Assembly: GCA_900550585.1 (NCBI GenBank)
Contig: URST01000001.1
Span: forward strand, 3,099 to 67,098
Length of the DNA: 64,000 nucleotides
Direction: 5' to 3'
Source of the DNA: an uncultured Eubacteriales bacterium
GTDB taxonomy: Bacteria; Bacillota; Clostridia; Oscillospirales; Oscillospiraceae
In this document: one piece after another, positions 50,316 through 59,950 of the stretch
Layout: each line of letters begins with the position of its first letter
How positions within the stretch are numbered: the stretch's first letter is position 1
Program-made: the position numbers and the translations under genes
The notes under the pieces: model-generated
What the model was told of the DNA's origin: nothing
What the model saw: only the letters and a program-made list of their open reading frames with translations
The model's database searches: none

Positions 50316-50401
50316 TCTCTTTTCTTACTACTACTACGGTGAACACCCTGCATTTTTCCAAACTTATAAGAAAAAGTTCAAGAACAATTCACGCCGGATT
50401 C

Positions 50402-50430
50402 TTGAAAAACTGCGGATATTCGTATATAAT
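50402..50430 (+). promoter_or_regulatory. Sigma-A promoter of the cargo regulatory operon
   Basis: TTGAAA-17 bp-TATAAT. Confidence 0.75.
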
Positions 50431-50469
50431 ATATTTTGTATTTTTATGTCTGTCAGAAAGGAGCGGCGT

Positions 50470-50673
50470 ATGAAAGGTTATCTCTCCATACGGGAAACTT
50501 CCTACAAATGGGGTATATCGGAGCGCCGCGTCAATCAGTATGTGGCACAGGGACGCATCCCCGGTGCAGAGCGGTTCGGGCGTTCATGGGCGATCCCCGA
50601 TGATGCAGTAAAGCCCACAGATCCCCGTAAACAAACGCCGCCGATATCCGGCACAAACAGTAAAACAAAATGA
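50470..50673 (+). CDS. Small excisionase/MerR-like HTH DNA-binding protein
   Basis: MKGYLSIRETSYKWGISERRV..GRIPGA.RFGRSWAIP; AAGGAG RBS. Confidence 0.8.
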   Translation: MKGYLSIRETSYKWGISERRVNQYVAQGRIPGAERFGRSWAIPDDAVKPTDPRKQTPPISGTNSKTK

Positions 50674-50697
50674 AACATTTTTGAAAGGAGGTCCCGC

Positions 50698-52335
50698 ATG
50701 ACGAAACAGAATCACAAAACAGGCTTTCTTGTAGCCGCAATGGTTTTCTCTGCGATCACCTTACGGGTTTTGGGAAAGTTTGATATCTTGATCGTTCCCG
50801 GAGGGATCGCCCGCTCGCTGATCTATATCGCCCTGTATATCGGATGGGGAATTTCCGTCAGTAAACGGATCATTCAGGTACAGGTGCGCCATTATCTGAT
50901 TGCCGTTTCCGGCTTAATGGTTTTTTGGTTTGTTATCCGTTCAATGAAATACTATTTTATAACCGATATCGGAATAGCACGGCAACTATGGTATTGGTAC
51001 TACCTGCCAATGCTGTTTATCCCGCTGTTTTCTTTGTTTGTTGCCATCTCACTGGGCAAGCCCGAGAACGCAAGGCTGTCGAAAACGGCGCTGCTGTTAT
51101 TATATATTCCCACGGTTCTTTGTCTGCTGCTGGTGCTTACCAATGATCTTCATCAGCTTGTCTTTTCCTTCCCCGAAGGAGAGGTATGGACGGACAAAAA
51201 CAATGGATATACATTCGGATATTATATCGTACTCGGGTGGGAGATCCTTTGCGCTTTCGCGGCATTTGTCATCATGCTGATCAAGTGTCGGCTCTCATAT
51301 AGGAAAAAATATCTGCCGTTTTTGCTGCTGGCATGTTCTATCGTATATGCCTTTATATATGTCAGCGGCGTGGAATGGATGCAGCTTATCGGCGGAGACA
51401 TCGTTGCAGCGCAGTGCCTGATGTTCACCGGAATATTGGAAAGCTGTATTCAGTGCGGGCTTATCCAAACCAACACCGGCTATGAAGAACTGTTTATGGT
51501 CAGCAGGCTCGGCGCACAGATTACGGATCAGGGAAACACGGTCTGCCTTGCCAGCTCCAATGCCGGGGGGCTGACCGATGAGCAGAGAATGAGTGCCCAA
51601 ACGCATCCTGTTTTGGCGGATAAAACGACACTGATCAAAAGCAAACCGATTCGTTTCGGTCATGTGCTGTGGCAGGAGGACGTTTCAGAGCTTACAGAAG
51701 CCATTGAGCAGATCGAAGAAAACTGCCGGGATCTTTCGGAGCGTAACCGCCTCCGTCAGGAAAATCTGGAAACGAAAAAGAAAGTCCTTTCCTTGCAGGA
51801 AAAGAACCGGGCAGCCGATGTGCTCAACCGGGAAACGGCTGGACAGATCAGCATGATTGAACATCTGCTGACACAGTATGATACGGAAAATGATGCGAAA
51901 AAACGAGAAAAAAGTCTTGCAGGTGCAGCGGTTTTGGGTGCATACATAAAGCGCTACGGCAATCTTCTGCTTGTCAGCCATCGGGAAGAAACGGCGGATA
52001 TTCGAGACCTGTCAAGATGCTTTGAGGATTCTTTTGTGAATCTGGAACTGCTGGATGTGAAATGCCTTTGTACGCTCCCTGCGGATGTTATCCTGGCGAC
52101 AAAGGATATGCTTCGCATATACCGCACCTTTGAAACGATATTGGAGGACTGTCTGTTCGACCTTCACAGTGTGTGGGTCAATGCCCGTGAAAGAAAGGGA
52201 CAGTTTCTTGTGTCCATTGACTTTGTCTGCGATACCGATTTATCCGGCCATAAGGCAGACGCAGATTTGTATTCCTGCGAGGACGGAACCTGCCGCTTTA
52301 CCTTCCAATTGCAGAAAGGCGGTGAGGGCGCATGA
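50698..52335 (+). CDS. 7TM membrane sensor with degenerate histidine-kinase-like C-terminus
   Basis: About seven TM helices with WYWYYLPM and LVLTNDLHQLVF (HisKA-7TM-like); no H-box or G boxes recognisable. Confidence 0.75.
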   Translation: MTKQNHKTGFLVAAMVFSAITLRVLGKFDILIVPGGIARSLIYIALYIGWGISVSKRIIQVQVRHYLIAVSGLMVFWFVIRSMKYYFITDIGIARQLWYWYYLPMLFIPLFSLFVAISLGKPENARLSKTALLLLYIPTVLCLLLVLTNDLHQLVFSFPEGEVWTDKNNGYTFGYYIVLGWEILCAFAAFVIMLIKCRLSYRKKYLPFLLLACSIVYAFIYVSGVEWMQLIGGDIVAAQCLMFTGILESCIQCGLIQTNTGYEELFMVSRLGAQITDQGNTVCLASSNAGGLTDEQRMSAQTHPVLADKTTLIKSKPIRFGHVLWQEDVSELTEAIEQIEENCRDLSERNRLRQENLETKKKVLSLQEKNRAADVLNRETAGQISMIEHLLTQYDTENDAKKREKSLAGAAVLGAYIKRYGNLLLVSHREETADIRDLSRCFEDSFVNLELLDVKCLCTLPADVILATKDMLRIYRTFETILEDCLFDLHSVWVNARERKGQFLVSIDFVCDTDLSGHKADADLYSCEDGTCRFTFQLQKGGEGA

Positions 52336-53339
52336 AAGCACGCAAAGCAATCGAAAAAATTAAAGCAAAACACGATCTGCGCAGTGCGGTAAAAGAAGCG
52401 TTGGACACCCTGCCCTCAGCCGTATGTTACTTCACGCCCGCAGGCACCGTCAAGCTGTGCAATACGGCGATGTATGAGCTTTACCGTAAAATCACGCAAA
52501 GCGACCTGCAAAGTCTTGCCGAGCTGAACGAAGCGCTGGAGGGCTGTGATAACACCACCGGCGTCATCCGGGACGGAAATGTATTCCTTTTCCCCGACGG
52601 ACACGCATGGCAGTATTCCGCAGAGAAGATCACGACCGCGCAAGGCGAGGTTTATACCGAAGTCATATTCGATGATGTGACCGAACTGTACGAAAAACAG
52701 CAGGAACTGAAGTGCCAGTCACGGGAACTGAAAAAGATGTACCGTGAGCTGAAGGTCCTGTCGGACAATGTACTGGAAATGACAAGAGAACAGGAAATCC
52801 TGAACCTGAAAACGCGGCTGCACGATCAGATGAATATGGGAGTTGCCGCCATACGGCAGATTTTGCGGCAAAACACCACTTCCGAAGAAAACGCCGCCGC
52901 TGTCAGGCAGTTTCGCCGTGCCATTCAGGTATTGCGCGAGGAAAACGTCTATCCCCAGGACGATGTGTCGGAGTTTATCCGGGATGCAGAGGTTTCCGGC
53001 GTCCGTGTGGAAATAAACGGCGAGCTTCCGACGGAGGCGAAGCTGCTCAAAGCCCTTCTTGCGGTCATGCGGGAAGCCTGTATCAACGCCGCCCGTCATG
53101 CGGATGCAACGGCTATGTACGTGGTATCGGAGCAGACAGAAGCTGCCGTCACCTTGCATATCACCAACAACGGCAGACAGCCGGAGGGAGACATCACCCC
53201 CCGGGGCGGGCTTGTGTATCTGGAAAAACAGATCACGAGAGCAGGAGGCAGGATGGAGATACAGTCGCAGCCGGAATTTTTGCTGACGGTTACTTTGCCG
53301 GTTGGCGCAGAAAAACAGGAACAGGAGGTGCAGGTATGA
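52332..53339 (+). CDS. Soluble sensor histidine kinase (PAS-like, HisKA_3-type)
   Basis: RLHDQ H-box, REACINAARH N-box, ITNNG, GGL; no TM. Confidence 0.82.
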   Translation: MKARKAIEKIKAKHDLRSAVKEALDTLPSAVCYFTPAGTVKLCNTAMYELYRKITQSDLQSLAELNEALEGCDNTTGVIRDGNVFLFPDGHAWQYSAEKITTAQGEVYTEVIFDDVTELYEKQQELKCQSRELKKMYRELKVLSDNVLEMTREQEILNLKTRLHDQMNMGVAAIRQILRQNTTSEENAAAVRQFRRAIQVLREENVYPQDDVSEFIRDAEVSGVRVEINGELPTEAKLLKALLAVMREACINAARHADATAMYVVSEQTEAAVTLHITNNGRQPEGDITPRGGLVYLEKQITRAGGRMEIQSQPEFLLTVTLPVGAEKQEQEVQV

Positions 53340-53998
53340 CAAGGGTGCTTGTGGTAGACGACCAGCGTATCGCACGGGAATATATGGAGAATGTTGTGCG
53401 CGGCAGCGAAGGCTACGAACTGGTGGGCAGTCTCACAAAAGCGGATATGGCCGCTACCGTCTGTCGCCGAAGCGCAGTGGAACTGGTACTGATGGATGTC
53501 TGCACCCACGGCAGAATGGACGGCATCGAAGCCGCCGCCGAGCTGAGAGAGCAGTTCCCGAAGCTCAAAATCATTATCGTCACCTCCATGCCGGAAGAGA
53601 GCTTTATTAAGCGGGCAAAAGAGGTTGGAGCGGACAGCTTCTGGCACAAGGAAGTAAGCCCCGAGGAGCTGATCACCGTGATAGATGCCACCATGCAGGG
53701 CAAGCATATGTGGCCCGGCGAAACGCCCATTGTCAAGCTGGGCGTTACCACCAGCAAAGAGCTGACCGATGCACAGCTCAAGGTTTTACGGCTGGTCTGC
53801 GAGGGACTGGAATACAATGAGATCGCGCAGGAGTTGAACATCACAGTCAGAACCGTTAAATGGCACATTTCCAAGATTCTTGAGGAGACCGGTTTTTCCA
53901 ACAAGACCCAGCTTGCCATTGCTGTCACAGGCAAGCGTCTCATTATTCCAAAGCTGCTTGACAATACCGATGACGAGGACGATCTTCCCATCGCGTAA
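53336..53998 (+). CDS. NarL/LuxR-family response regulator
   Basis: VVDD, LMDV, IVTS; LTDAQLKVLRLVCEG...EIAQEL..TVKWHI. Confidence 0.9.
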   Translation: MTRVLVVDDQRIAREYMENVVRGSEGYELVGSLTKADMAATVCRRSAVELVLMDVCTHGRMDGIEAAAELREQFPKLKIIIVTSMPEESFIKRAKEVGADSFWHKEVSPEELITVIDATMQGKHMWPGETPIVKLGVTTSKELTDAQLKVLRLVCEGLEYNEIAQELNITVRTVKWHISKILEETGFSNKTQLAIAVTGKRLIIPKLLDNTDDEDDLPIA

Positions 53999-54018
53999 AA
54001 CAAACTGAATAGCCCGAT

Positions 54019-54054
54019 ATACCCGATTTCCGATGCGAGACCGGGTATTTTTTT
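54019..54054 (+). terminator. Intrinsic terminator
   Basis: atacccg...cgggtat followed by a T tract. Confidence 0.6.
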
Positions 54055-54197
54055 GAAAAAATTTCTGCAATACTGTACTTAGGGACGGTGTGTTTTGAAA
54101 AACGATCCGGTATAATATGGTTGAATATGGGGTTACTGCGCTTTTTTATGCCCAAATATCATCGGTGCGTAAAAAAGAGAACTTGGAGGTGAGGCAA

Positions 54198-54581
54198 ATG
54201 CGGAGAGTAGTGATCGATATGCAGAACGCCCTGTTTGCGGATGCGGTTGCCGAAGCCCTGCGCCGGTTTGATCCCGATTTTGATCCGGTGATGAGCGACA
54301 GTCCGGACAAAACGTTGTTTTTGTGCGATGCCGTGCTTGCGAATGTCCTGATTATGGAAGTTACAGCCTACACGCCGTGGAAGCTGGAGGAGCGGATGAA
54401 GATCCGTGCCGAGCTGAAGAAAACCAACCCGGACTGCAAAATTGTACTGGTTGTGGACGAAAACACCGAAAAGAAGCTGGCGGACAAGGTGCGTCAGGCG
54501 AAGAAGGACGGGCTTATCGACAATTTCATCTACGGCTCTGTTTCTTCCACCTATCTTTCGGCGGTCATCGATGCTTTGTAA
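54198..54581 (+). CDS. Stand-alone receiver-like protein with Glu at the phosphoacceptor position
   Basis: GGAGGT RBS; CheY-like pattern VVIDMQ...LIMEV...KIVLVV...DNFIY. Confidence 0.65.
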   Translation: MRRVVIDMQNALFADAVAEALRRFDPDFDPVMSDSPDKTLFLCDAVLANVLIMEVTAYTPWKLEERMKIRAELKKTNPDCKIVLVVDENTEKKLADKVRQAKKDGLIDNFIYGSVSSTYLSAVIDAL

Positions 54582-54748
54582 GGGGGACGGTGGTGATGGA
54601 ATGATATGAATGTATTATACGCAGCTTCGTTCTCTGAACGGATGGGCAATGGCGGACGCTCTCTTTGCCGTGTGGGAGAGCAGGTAAAACAATCCACACG
54701 GTCAGATCACCCGGCAAAATGCCGGAAAGAAACAAGGAGGAATTGCTT

Positions 54749-57700
54749 ATGAAAGCAAAATTGAAACCGCATAAGCTGCTGAGCCTGCTCCTCGCCCTTG
54801 TGATGGTGGTGGGAATGCTGCCCATGAGCCAGGTGGCGTATGCGGCGAGTGCTGTATCTAATCTAACTTGGGATGGGAATACAGCAAAATGGGATTCAGA
54901 TGGAAGTGCCTCACAGTATAGGGTAACATTAAGTACATACCCAGGTGATACTGTCATAGCAAATAAAGTCGTTGATGTCACTTCTATTGACTATTCATCC
55001 TATCTTCTTCCAGGTAACACCTATTACTTTCGTGTTGCGCCTATCGTAGGCTCTGAACAGCAAAGTTTTGTGAATGGGCCTACTAAAACAATCGATGGTT
55101 CAAGAGGAACTATATCTCCTATTACCATTGACTCAGTTAAAAAAACTGCAACATGGACATCTGTTACTGGTGCAGATGGTTACGATGTATGGGTGTTAAG
55201 GAACGGTGCACAAATTGGTTTCGTCAGACAGACAACAGATACTTCGTTTGACTTTAGCAGTGATTATAAGGATACAGGTAACGGCGAATACTCTATTTAT
55301 GTGAGAGCATATAAAATGAGTAGAGGCAATTACTTGGCAGAAGGAGAAAGCAGCAAGGTTACATTAAACGAATTGCCTGATACAGTTACAATTCATTTCG
55401 ATTCAAATGGCGGAACTGACACCATGGATGATGTAACAGTTGCATACGCAGCAAACTATACATTACCAGAATGCAGTTTTACTCCTCCTGCCAACATGGA
55501 GTTTTCTATTTGGGAGACACCTGGCGGTCAAATAACTGCAGGCAGTTCTACTAAATTCTTCGAAAATACAACTGTCAAAGCATTGTGGAAAGCAAAGACT
55601 TATACTGTGACCTTTGATCCCGGCGAAGGTAGCGGAACATCATTTATAAGAAAAGTCAACGCGGGCGAAAAACTGTCGTTGCCCTCTTGCTCTTTTACCG
55701 CTCCTGAAAACAAGGTTTTTGACAAATGGGATATGGGCGAACCGAACGATAAGATAGATGTTTCCGGCGACATGACCGTTACTGCGCTTTGGAAAGATGC
55801 TGAAACCTATACCGTAACCGTCAACAACGATGGCAACGGCACAGCCTTTGCTTCTCCGACCTCCGGGCCGGACGGGACGGTTGTAACGCTTACAGCAACG
55901 CCTAAACCGGGCTATAAGTTCAAAGAATGGACACGTCAAGCGGGAATGTTGTCGGGAGGAACGAGCATTCCGAATGCCACATCTGCTACAACGACATTTA
56001 CGATTTCCGGGTATAACGTGGTGGTAACAGCGACCTTTGAGGAAGATGGTGCAACCACCCATACGGTAACCTTTGATCCGGGCGAAGGTAGCGGAACGCC
56101 GTTTACGGAAAGCGTCAATGCGGGCGAAAAACTTACGCTGCCCTCTTGCTCCTTTACCCCTCCGGAAAACAAGGTTTTTGACAAGTGGGATAAGGGCGAG
56201 CCAAACGAACAGATAGACGTTTCCGGCGACATGACGGTTACGGCTCTCTGGAAGGATGCCAGCGGATACACCGTGACTGTAAACAACGACGGAAACGGCA
56301 CAGCCTTTGCTTCTCCGACCTCCGGGCCGGACGGGACGGTTGTAACGCTTACAGCAACGCCTAAACCGGGCTATAAGTTCAAAGAATGGACACGTCAAGC
56401 GGGAATGTTGTCGGGAGGAACGAGCATTCCGAATGCCACATCTGCTACAACGACATTTACGATTTCCGGGTATAACGTGGTGGTAACAGCGACCTTTGAG
56501 GAAGATGGTGCAACCACCCATACGGTAACCTTTGATCCGGGCGAAGGTAGCGGAACGCCGTTTACGGAAAGCGTCAATGCGGGCGAAAAACTTACGCTGC
56601 CCTCTTGCTCCTTTACCCCTCCGGAAAACAAGGTTTTTGACAAGTGGGATAAGGGCGAGCCGAGCGAACAAATAGACGTTTCCGGCAACATGACGGTTAC
56701 GGCTCTCTGGAAAGATGCCACAAGTTATAGCGTGACTGTCAACAACGACGGGAACGGAACAGCCTCCGCATCTCCGACTTCCGGCCCGAGCGGAACGGTT
56801 GTAACGCTTACAGCAACGCCTAAACCGGGCTATAAGTTCAAGGAGTGGCATCGTAATGAAGGAATGTTTGCAGACGGGGCATTAGAAGTTCCGAATGCTA
56901 CATCTGCTACAACAACATTTACAATTGCCGGGTATAACGTGGTGGTAACAGCGATCTTTGAAGCAGAGGGTACGCATACCCACAGCTATGGCGGCGACTG
57001 GAAGTCCAATGCTGATAAGCACTGGCATGAATGCTCCTGCGGCGCAAAGGCTGAGGAAGCGGCTCATACCGCCAGCGAATGGATCACCGACACTCCGGCA
57101 ACGGCTACCACTGACGGTACAAAGCATAAGGAATGCACCGTTTGCCACCTTGTACTGGAAACCGGTACGATTCCTGCAACCGGCGGCGGTGAGCATACCC
57201 ACAGCTATGGCAGCGACTGGAAGTCCAATGCTGATAAGCACTGGCATGAATGCTCCTGCGGCGCAAAGGCTGAGGAAGCGGCTCATACCGCCAGCGAATG
57301 GATCACCGACACTCCGGCAACGGCTACCACTGACGGTACAAAGCATAAGGAATGCACCGTTTGCCACCTTGTACTGGAAACCGGTACGATTCCTGCAACC
57401 GGCAGCGGCGAGCATACCCACAGCTACAGCTCTGATTGGAAATCTGATTCTATCAACCACTGGCATGAATGCTCCTGCGGCGTCAAGGACGATGTTGCAG
57501 CACACAGCTTCAAGTGGGTGATAGATAAGGAAGCAACTGCAACCAAAAAGGGTTCCAAGCATGAGGAATGCAAATTCTGTGGCTATCAGCGTCCTGCTGT
57601 TGAGATCCCGGCTACCGGTTCCACAACCAAGCCGACCGATCCGACGGAAAGCAATCCGAACACCGGCGCTCTGGATGATGTACCTCAGACTGGCGACAAC

Positions 57701-57796
57701 AGCAACATGATCCTCTGGATCGTCCTGCTGCTTGCTTCTGGCCTTGGTGTAACTGGCACCGTAGTGTACAGCAAAAGAAAAAAATACGCAAAATAA
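54749..57796 (+). CDS. Sortase-anchored repeat-rich surface protein (putative adhesin)
   Basis: Signal peptide; FN3-like N-terminus; InlB-B/Flg_new-like repeats; His/Cys repeats; VPQTG + TM + KRKKYAK. Confidence 0.88.
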   Translation: MKAKLKPHKLLSLLLALVMVVGMLPMSQVAYAASAVSNLTWDGNTAKWDSDGSASQYRVTLSTYPGDTVIANKVVDVTSIDYSSYLLPGNTYYFRVAPIVGSEQQSFVNGPTKTIDGSRGTISPITIDSVKKTATWTSVTGADGYDVWVLRNGAQIGFVRQTTDTSFDFSSDYKDTGNGEYSIYVRAYKMSRGNYLAEGESSKVTLNELPDTVTIHFDSNGGTDTMDDVTVAYAANYTLPECSFTPPANMEFSIWETPGGQITAGSSTKFFENTTVKALWKAKTYTVTFDPGEGSGTSFIRKVNAGEKLSLPSCSFTAPENKVFDKWDMGEPNDKIDVSGDMTVTALWKDAETYTVTVNNDGNGTAFASPTSGPDGTVVTLTATPKPGYKFKEWTRQAGMLSGGTSIPNATSATTTFTISGYNVVVTATFEEDGATTHTVTFDPGEGSGTPFTESVNAGEKLTLPSCSFTPPENKVFDKWDKGEPNEQIDVSGDMTVTALWKDASGYTVTVNNDGNGTAFASPTSGPDGTVVTLTATPKPGYKFKEWTRQAGMLSGGTSIPNATSATTTFTISGYNVVVTATFEEDGATTHTVTFDPGEGSGTPFTESVNAGEKLTLPSCSFTPPENKVFDKWDKGEPSEQIDVSGNMTVTALWKDATSYSVTVNNDGNGTASASPTSGPSGTVVTLTATPKPGYKFKEWHRNEGMFADGALEVPNATSATTTFTIAGYNVVVTAIFEAEGTHTHSYGGDWKSNADKHWHECSCGAKAEEAAHTASEWITDTPATATTDGTKHKECTVCHLVLETGTIPATGGGEHTHSYGSDWKSNADKHWHECSCGAKAEEAAHTASEWITDTPATATTDGTKHKECTVCHLVLETGTIPATGSGEHTHSYSSDWKSDSINHWHECSCGVKDDVAAHSFKWVIDKEATATKKGSKHEECKFCGYQRPAVEIPATGSTTKPTDPTESNPNTGALDDVPQTGDNSNMILWIVLLLASGLGVTGTVVYSKRKKYAK
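55600..56970 (+). repeat. Three tandem 459-bp intragenic repeats
   Basis: The same sequence recurs at 55841 and 56300; roughly 360 bp identical between adjacent copies. Confidence 0.9.
56974..57620 (+). repeat. Three tandem 219-bp intragenic His/Cys repeats
   Basis: gcatacccacagcta at 56974, 57193 and 57412; the first two copies are nearly identical. Confidence 0.9.
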
Positions 57797-57821
57797 CCCA
57801 ATAAGATAATCTTATAAGGAT

Positions 57822-57861
57822 GGGCGGTGACGGGCATAGTCCCGCTGCCGCCCTTTCCCTT
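57822..57861 (+). terminator. Hairpin after the adhesin gene
   Basis: gggcggtgacggg-catagt-cccgctgccgccc plus tttccctt. Confidence 0.55.
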
Positions 57862-57878
57862 GGATTGGAGAAACCACG

Positions 57879-58331
57879 ATGAACAACGAACAAGCCCGAC
57901 CAACATCCCAGCAGACGCCGAGTGCAGCCTCCGGTAAAGAGGATTACAGGAGATATATCGCAAGGAAAAGGCGGCAGAGAAGAAAGCAACGCAGGTTGAT
58001 TCTTTGCGCTGCTGCGCTGCTTGTATTGGTCCTGCTTATTGTATTGCTTGTTAAAGGATGCTCCGGCAGCGACCCGTTAACCGGCACATGGGACTATGAC
58101 AGCAACACGACCTATCAGTTTGACGGCAAAGGAAGCGGTGAAATGCTCCTTACCTCCGCAACTTATGATTTTTCCTATCAGGTGAAGGGCGATCAGCTCT
58201 TTATCGACTTTTCAAATGAAGCAGCACGGGATTGCACCTATACATTTTCTGTAAATGACAACACGCTCACCCTGACAGGCGGAGAAGGAACCATCGGTGG
58301 AACCTATGAGCTGCACAGACAGGAGGAATAG
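57879..58331 (+). CDS. Membrane-anchored hypothetical protein (small beta-rich domain)
   Basis: Basic stretch and TM, then LTGTW..YQFDGKGSG. Confidence 0.75.
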   Translation: MNNEQARPTSQQTPSAASGKEDYRRYIARKRRQRRKQRRLILCAAALLVLVLLIVLLVKGCSGSDPLTGTWDYDSNTTYQFDGKGSGEMLLTSATYDFSYQVKGDQLFIDFSNEAARDCTYTFSVNDNTLTLTGGEGTIGGTYELHRQEE

Positions 58332-58346
58332 CCGGGTGAACCGTCA

Positions 58347-59189
58347 ATGAAATGGATCAGCACCAAAGGAAAGTATCAAAGGGAACATAGGCCGCTCCGC
58401 AACTGGATCCCCATTCTCATTTTGCTGGCAGCGTCCTCCGTAGTGGCCGTTATCGCGGTTCGGGGTATTCTGAGAGATCAGAACAGACAGGAGGAATATG
58501 ATCTTATATCAGAAAGTGTTCATGCAGAGGAAAGCAGCACTGCGGATTATATTCCAGCTATTCCTGTTATCCCTGCCGACACCACACGCGAGCCTGCGGA
58601 AATAGAAACAGAGCCTGAAATCCTGACGCAGTACGCTTCTGTGTATGAGCAGAACCCTGACCTGTTCGGCTGGATCTGTATTGAGAACACCGTTTTGGAC
58701 TACCCGGTGATGCATACCCCGGACGATCCGGAAAAATACCTGCGCCTGTCCTTTGAGGGCGAAACCAGCACTGCCGGTACGCCTTTTTTGGACGCAAAAT
58801 GTGGAATTGACAGTGATAACTATATCATCTACGGGCACAACATGAAAAACGGCACTATGTTCCGTGAAATCCTGCAATATGCAAACAAAAGCTATTGGCA
58901 GGAGCATCCCATGATCAGATTTGATACGCTCTATGAGCAGGGCGAATATGAAGTTCTGGCAGCTTTTTACGACCGGGTATATTACGCAGACGAGAACTGT
59001 TTTAAGTTTTACCGTTTTATCAAGGCTGCCGACAAAGCAGACTATGACAATGCCATTCAGAATTATAAAGAAAAAAGTTTGTACGATACAGGGGTGACTG
59101 CCGAGTACGGCGATAAGCTCATTACCCTTGTTACCTGTTCCTATCACGAAGAACACGGACGATTCGTAGTGGTTGCCCGCCAAAGGTAA
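58347..59189 (+). CDS. srtB: Class B sortase
   Basis: N-terminal TM, NPDLFGWI, DYPV, IYGHNM..GTMF, TLVTC, GRFVV. Confidence 0.92.
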   Translation: MKWISTKGKYQREHRPLRNWIPILILLAASSVVAVIAVRGILRDQNRQEEYDLISESVHAEESSTADYIPAIPVIPADTTREPAEIETEPEILTQYASVYEQNPDLFGWICIENTVLDYPVMHTPDDPEKYLRLSFEGETSTAGTPFLDAKCGIDSDNYIIYGHNMKNGTMFREILQYANKSYWQEHPMIRFDTLYEQGEYEVLAAFYDRVYYADENCFKFYRFIKAADKADYDNAIQNYKEKSLYDTGVTAEYGDKLITLVTCSYHEEHGRFVVVARQR

Positions 59190-59204
59190 AAGCACATTCT
59201 TTGC

Positions 59205-59251
59205 AAGTAAAAGGCGGCTGCCGGATTATTCCGAACAGTCGCCTTTTACTT
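59205..59251. terminator. Bidirectional terminator
   Basis: aagtaaaaggcggctg...cagtcgccttttactt between convergent genes. Confidence 0.75.
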
Positions 59252-59575
59252 GTCGGTCTTAAATGCATCTGCCTGCTGGCAGAGGGAAATGTACTTCTGT
59301 ATTTCCGCTTCACTCTTTCCTGCAAAGAAATCTGTAACGGTTTTTGATACCGTAGTAGTTACCGTATCGGGAAATACGATGGCATCCAGACTGATATTCA
59401 TTTCTTTTGCCAATAATGCAACCGTTTCAAATCGTGGGTTGCTGCGCCCGAGTTCAATCTCAATGATGGTGCGGACGCTCATGTGCAGATTATCTGCCAG
59501 TGCCCTTTGGGTAAGATGCCGCTTTGCTCGGGCAGCACGGAGGGCAGCAGCAAAAGAATCAACTGGATTCTTCAT
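59246..59575 (-). CDS. XRE-family HTH repressor (positionally like Tn916 Orf9)
   Basis: LRAAR..LTQRALA...IELGRSNP; divergent from the sigma-like gene. Confidence 0.85.
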   Translation of the reverse strand: MKNPVDSFAAALRAARAKRHLTQRALADNLHMSVRTIIEIELGRSNPRFETVALLAKEMNISLDAIVFPDTVTTTVSKTVTDFFAGKSEAEIQKYISLCQQADAFKTDK

Positions 59576-59906
59576 TTTAACTCACCTCATATATAGTTTA
59601 GTGTGCGCTAATGCTCATATAAATAACCATCTAAATCATATCGAGTGAGTTATAAATCATATTTTGGAGGTTAGAAGAAGATGGATATAAGTATTCGCCA
59701 GTACAGGAGGCATCTATAACACGGTAAACCGTTACCGCGCAAAATGCTTTTTTTCAAAAAGATCGTTTCTACAAACAGACAAGGAGCTGAGTTGCACTTT
59801 TGGAGATGAGTTACAGCTCATATATTATGTTCTAAAACTCATAAGTAAAAATGCGGAAGCTCCGCCAAACGGAATCCGCTTTTCTACACGCACCAAAACA
59901 AAGCTG

Positions 59907-59950
59907 AAAGGCACCCAAACGGATTTTTATATCCGTGAGGGTGCCTTTTG
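59907..59950 (+). terminator. Hairpin/terminator upstream of the sigma-like gene
   Basis: aaaggcaccc-aa-acggat-ttttat-atccgt-ga-gggtgcctttt. Confidence 0.6.

Noticed and set aside
55600..57620. Long direct repeats considered as a CRISPR array or DGR template/variable pair
   Set aside because: In-frame protein repeats without spacers; no cas or reverse transcriptase gene in the window and no adenine-specific mismatch pattern
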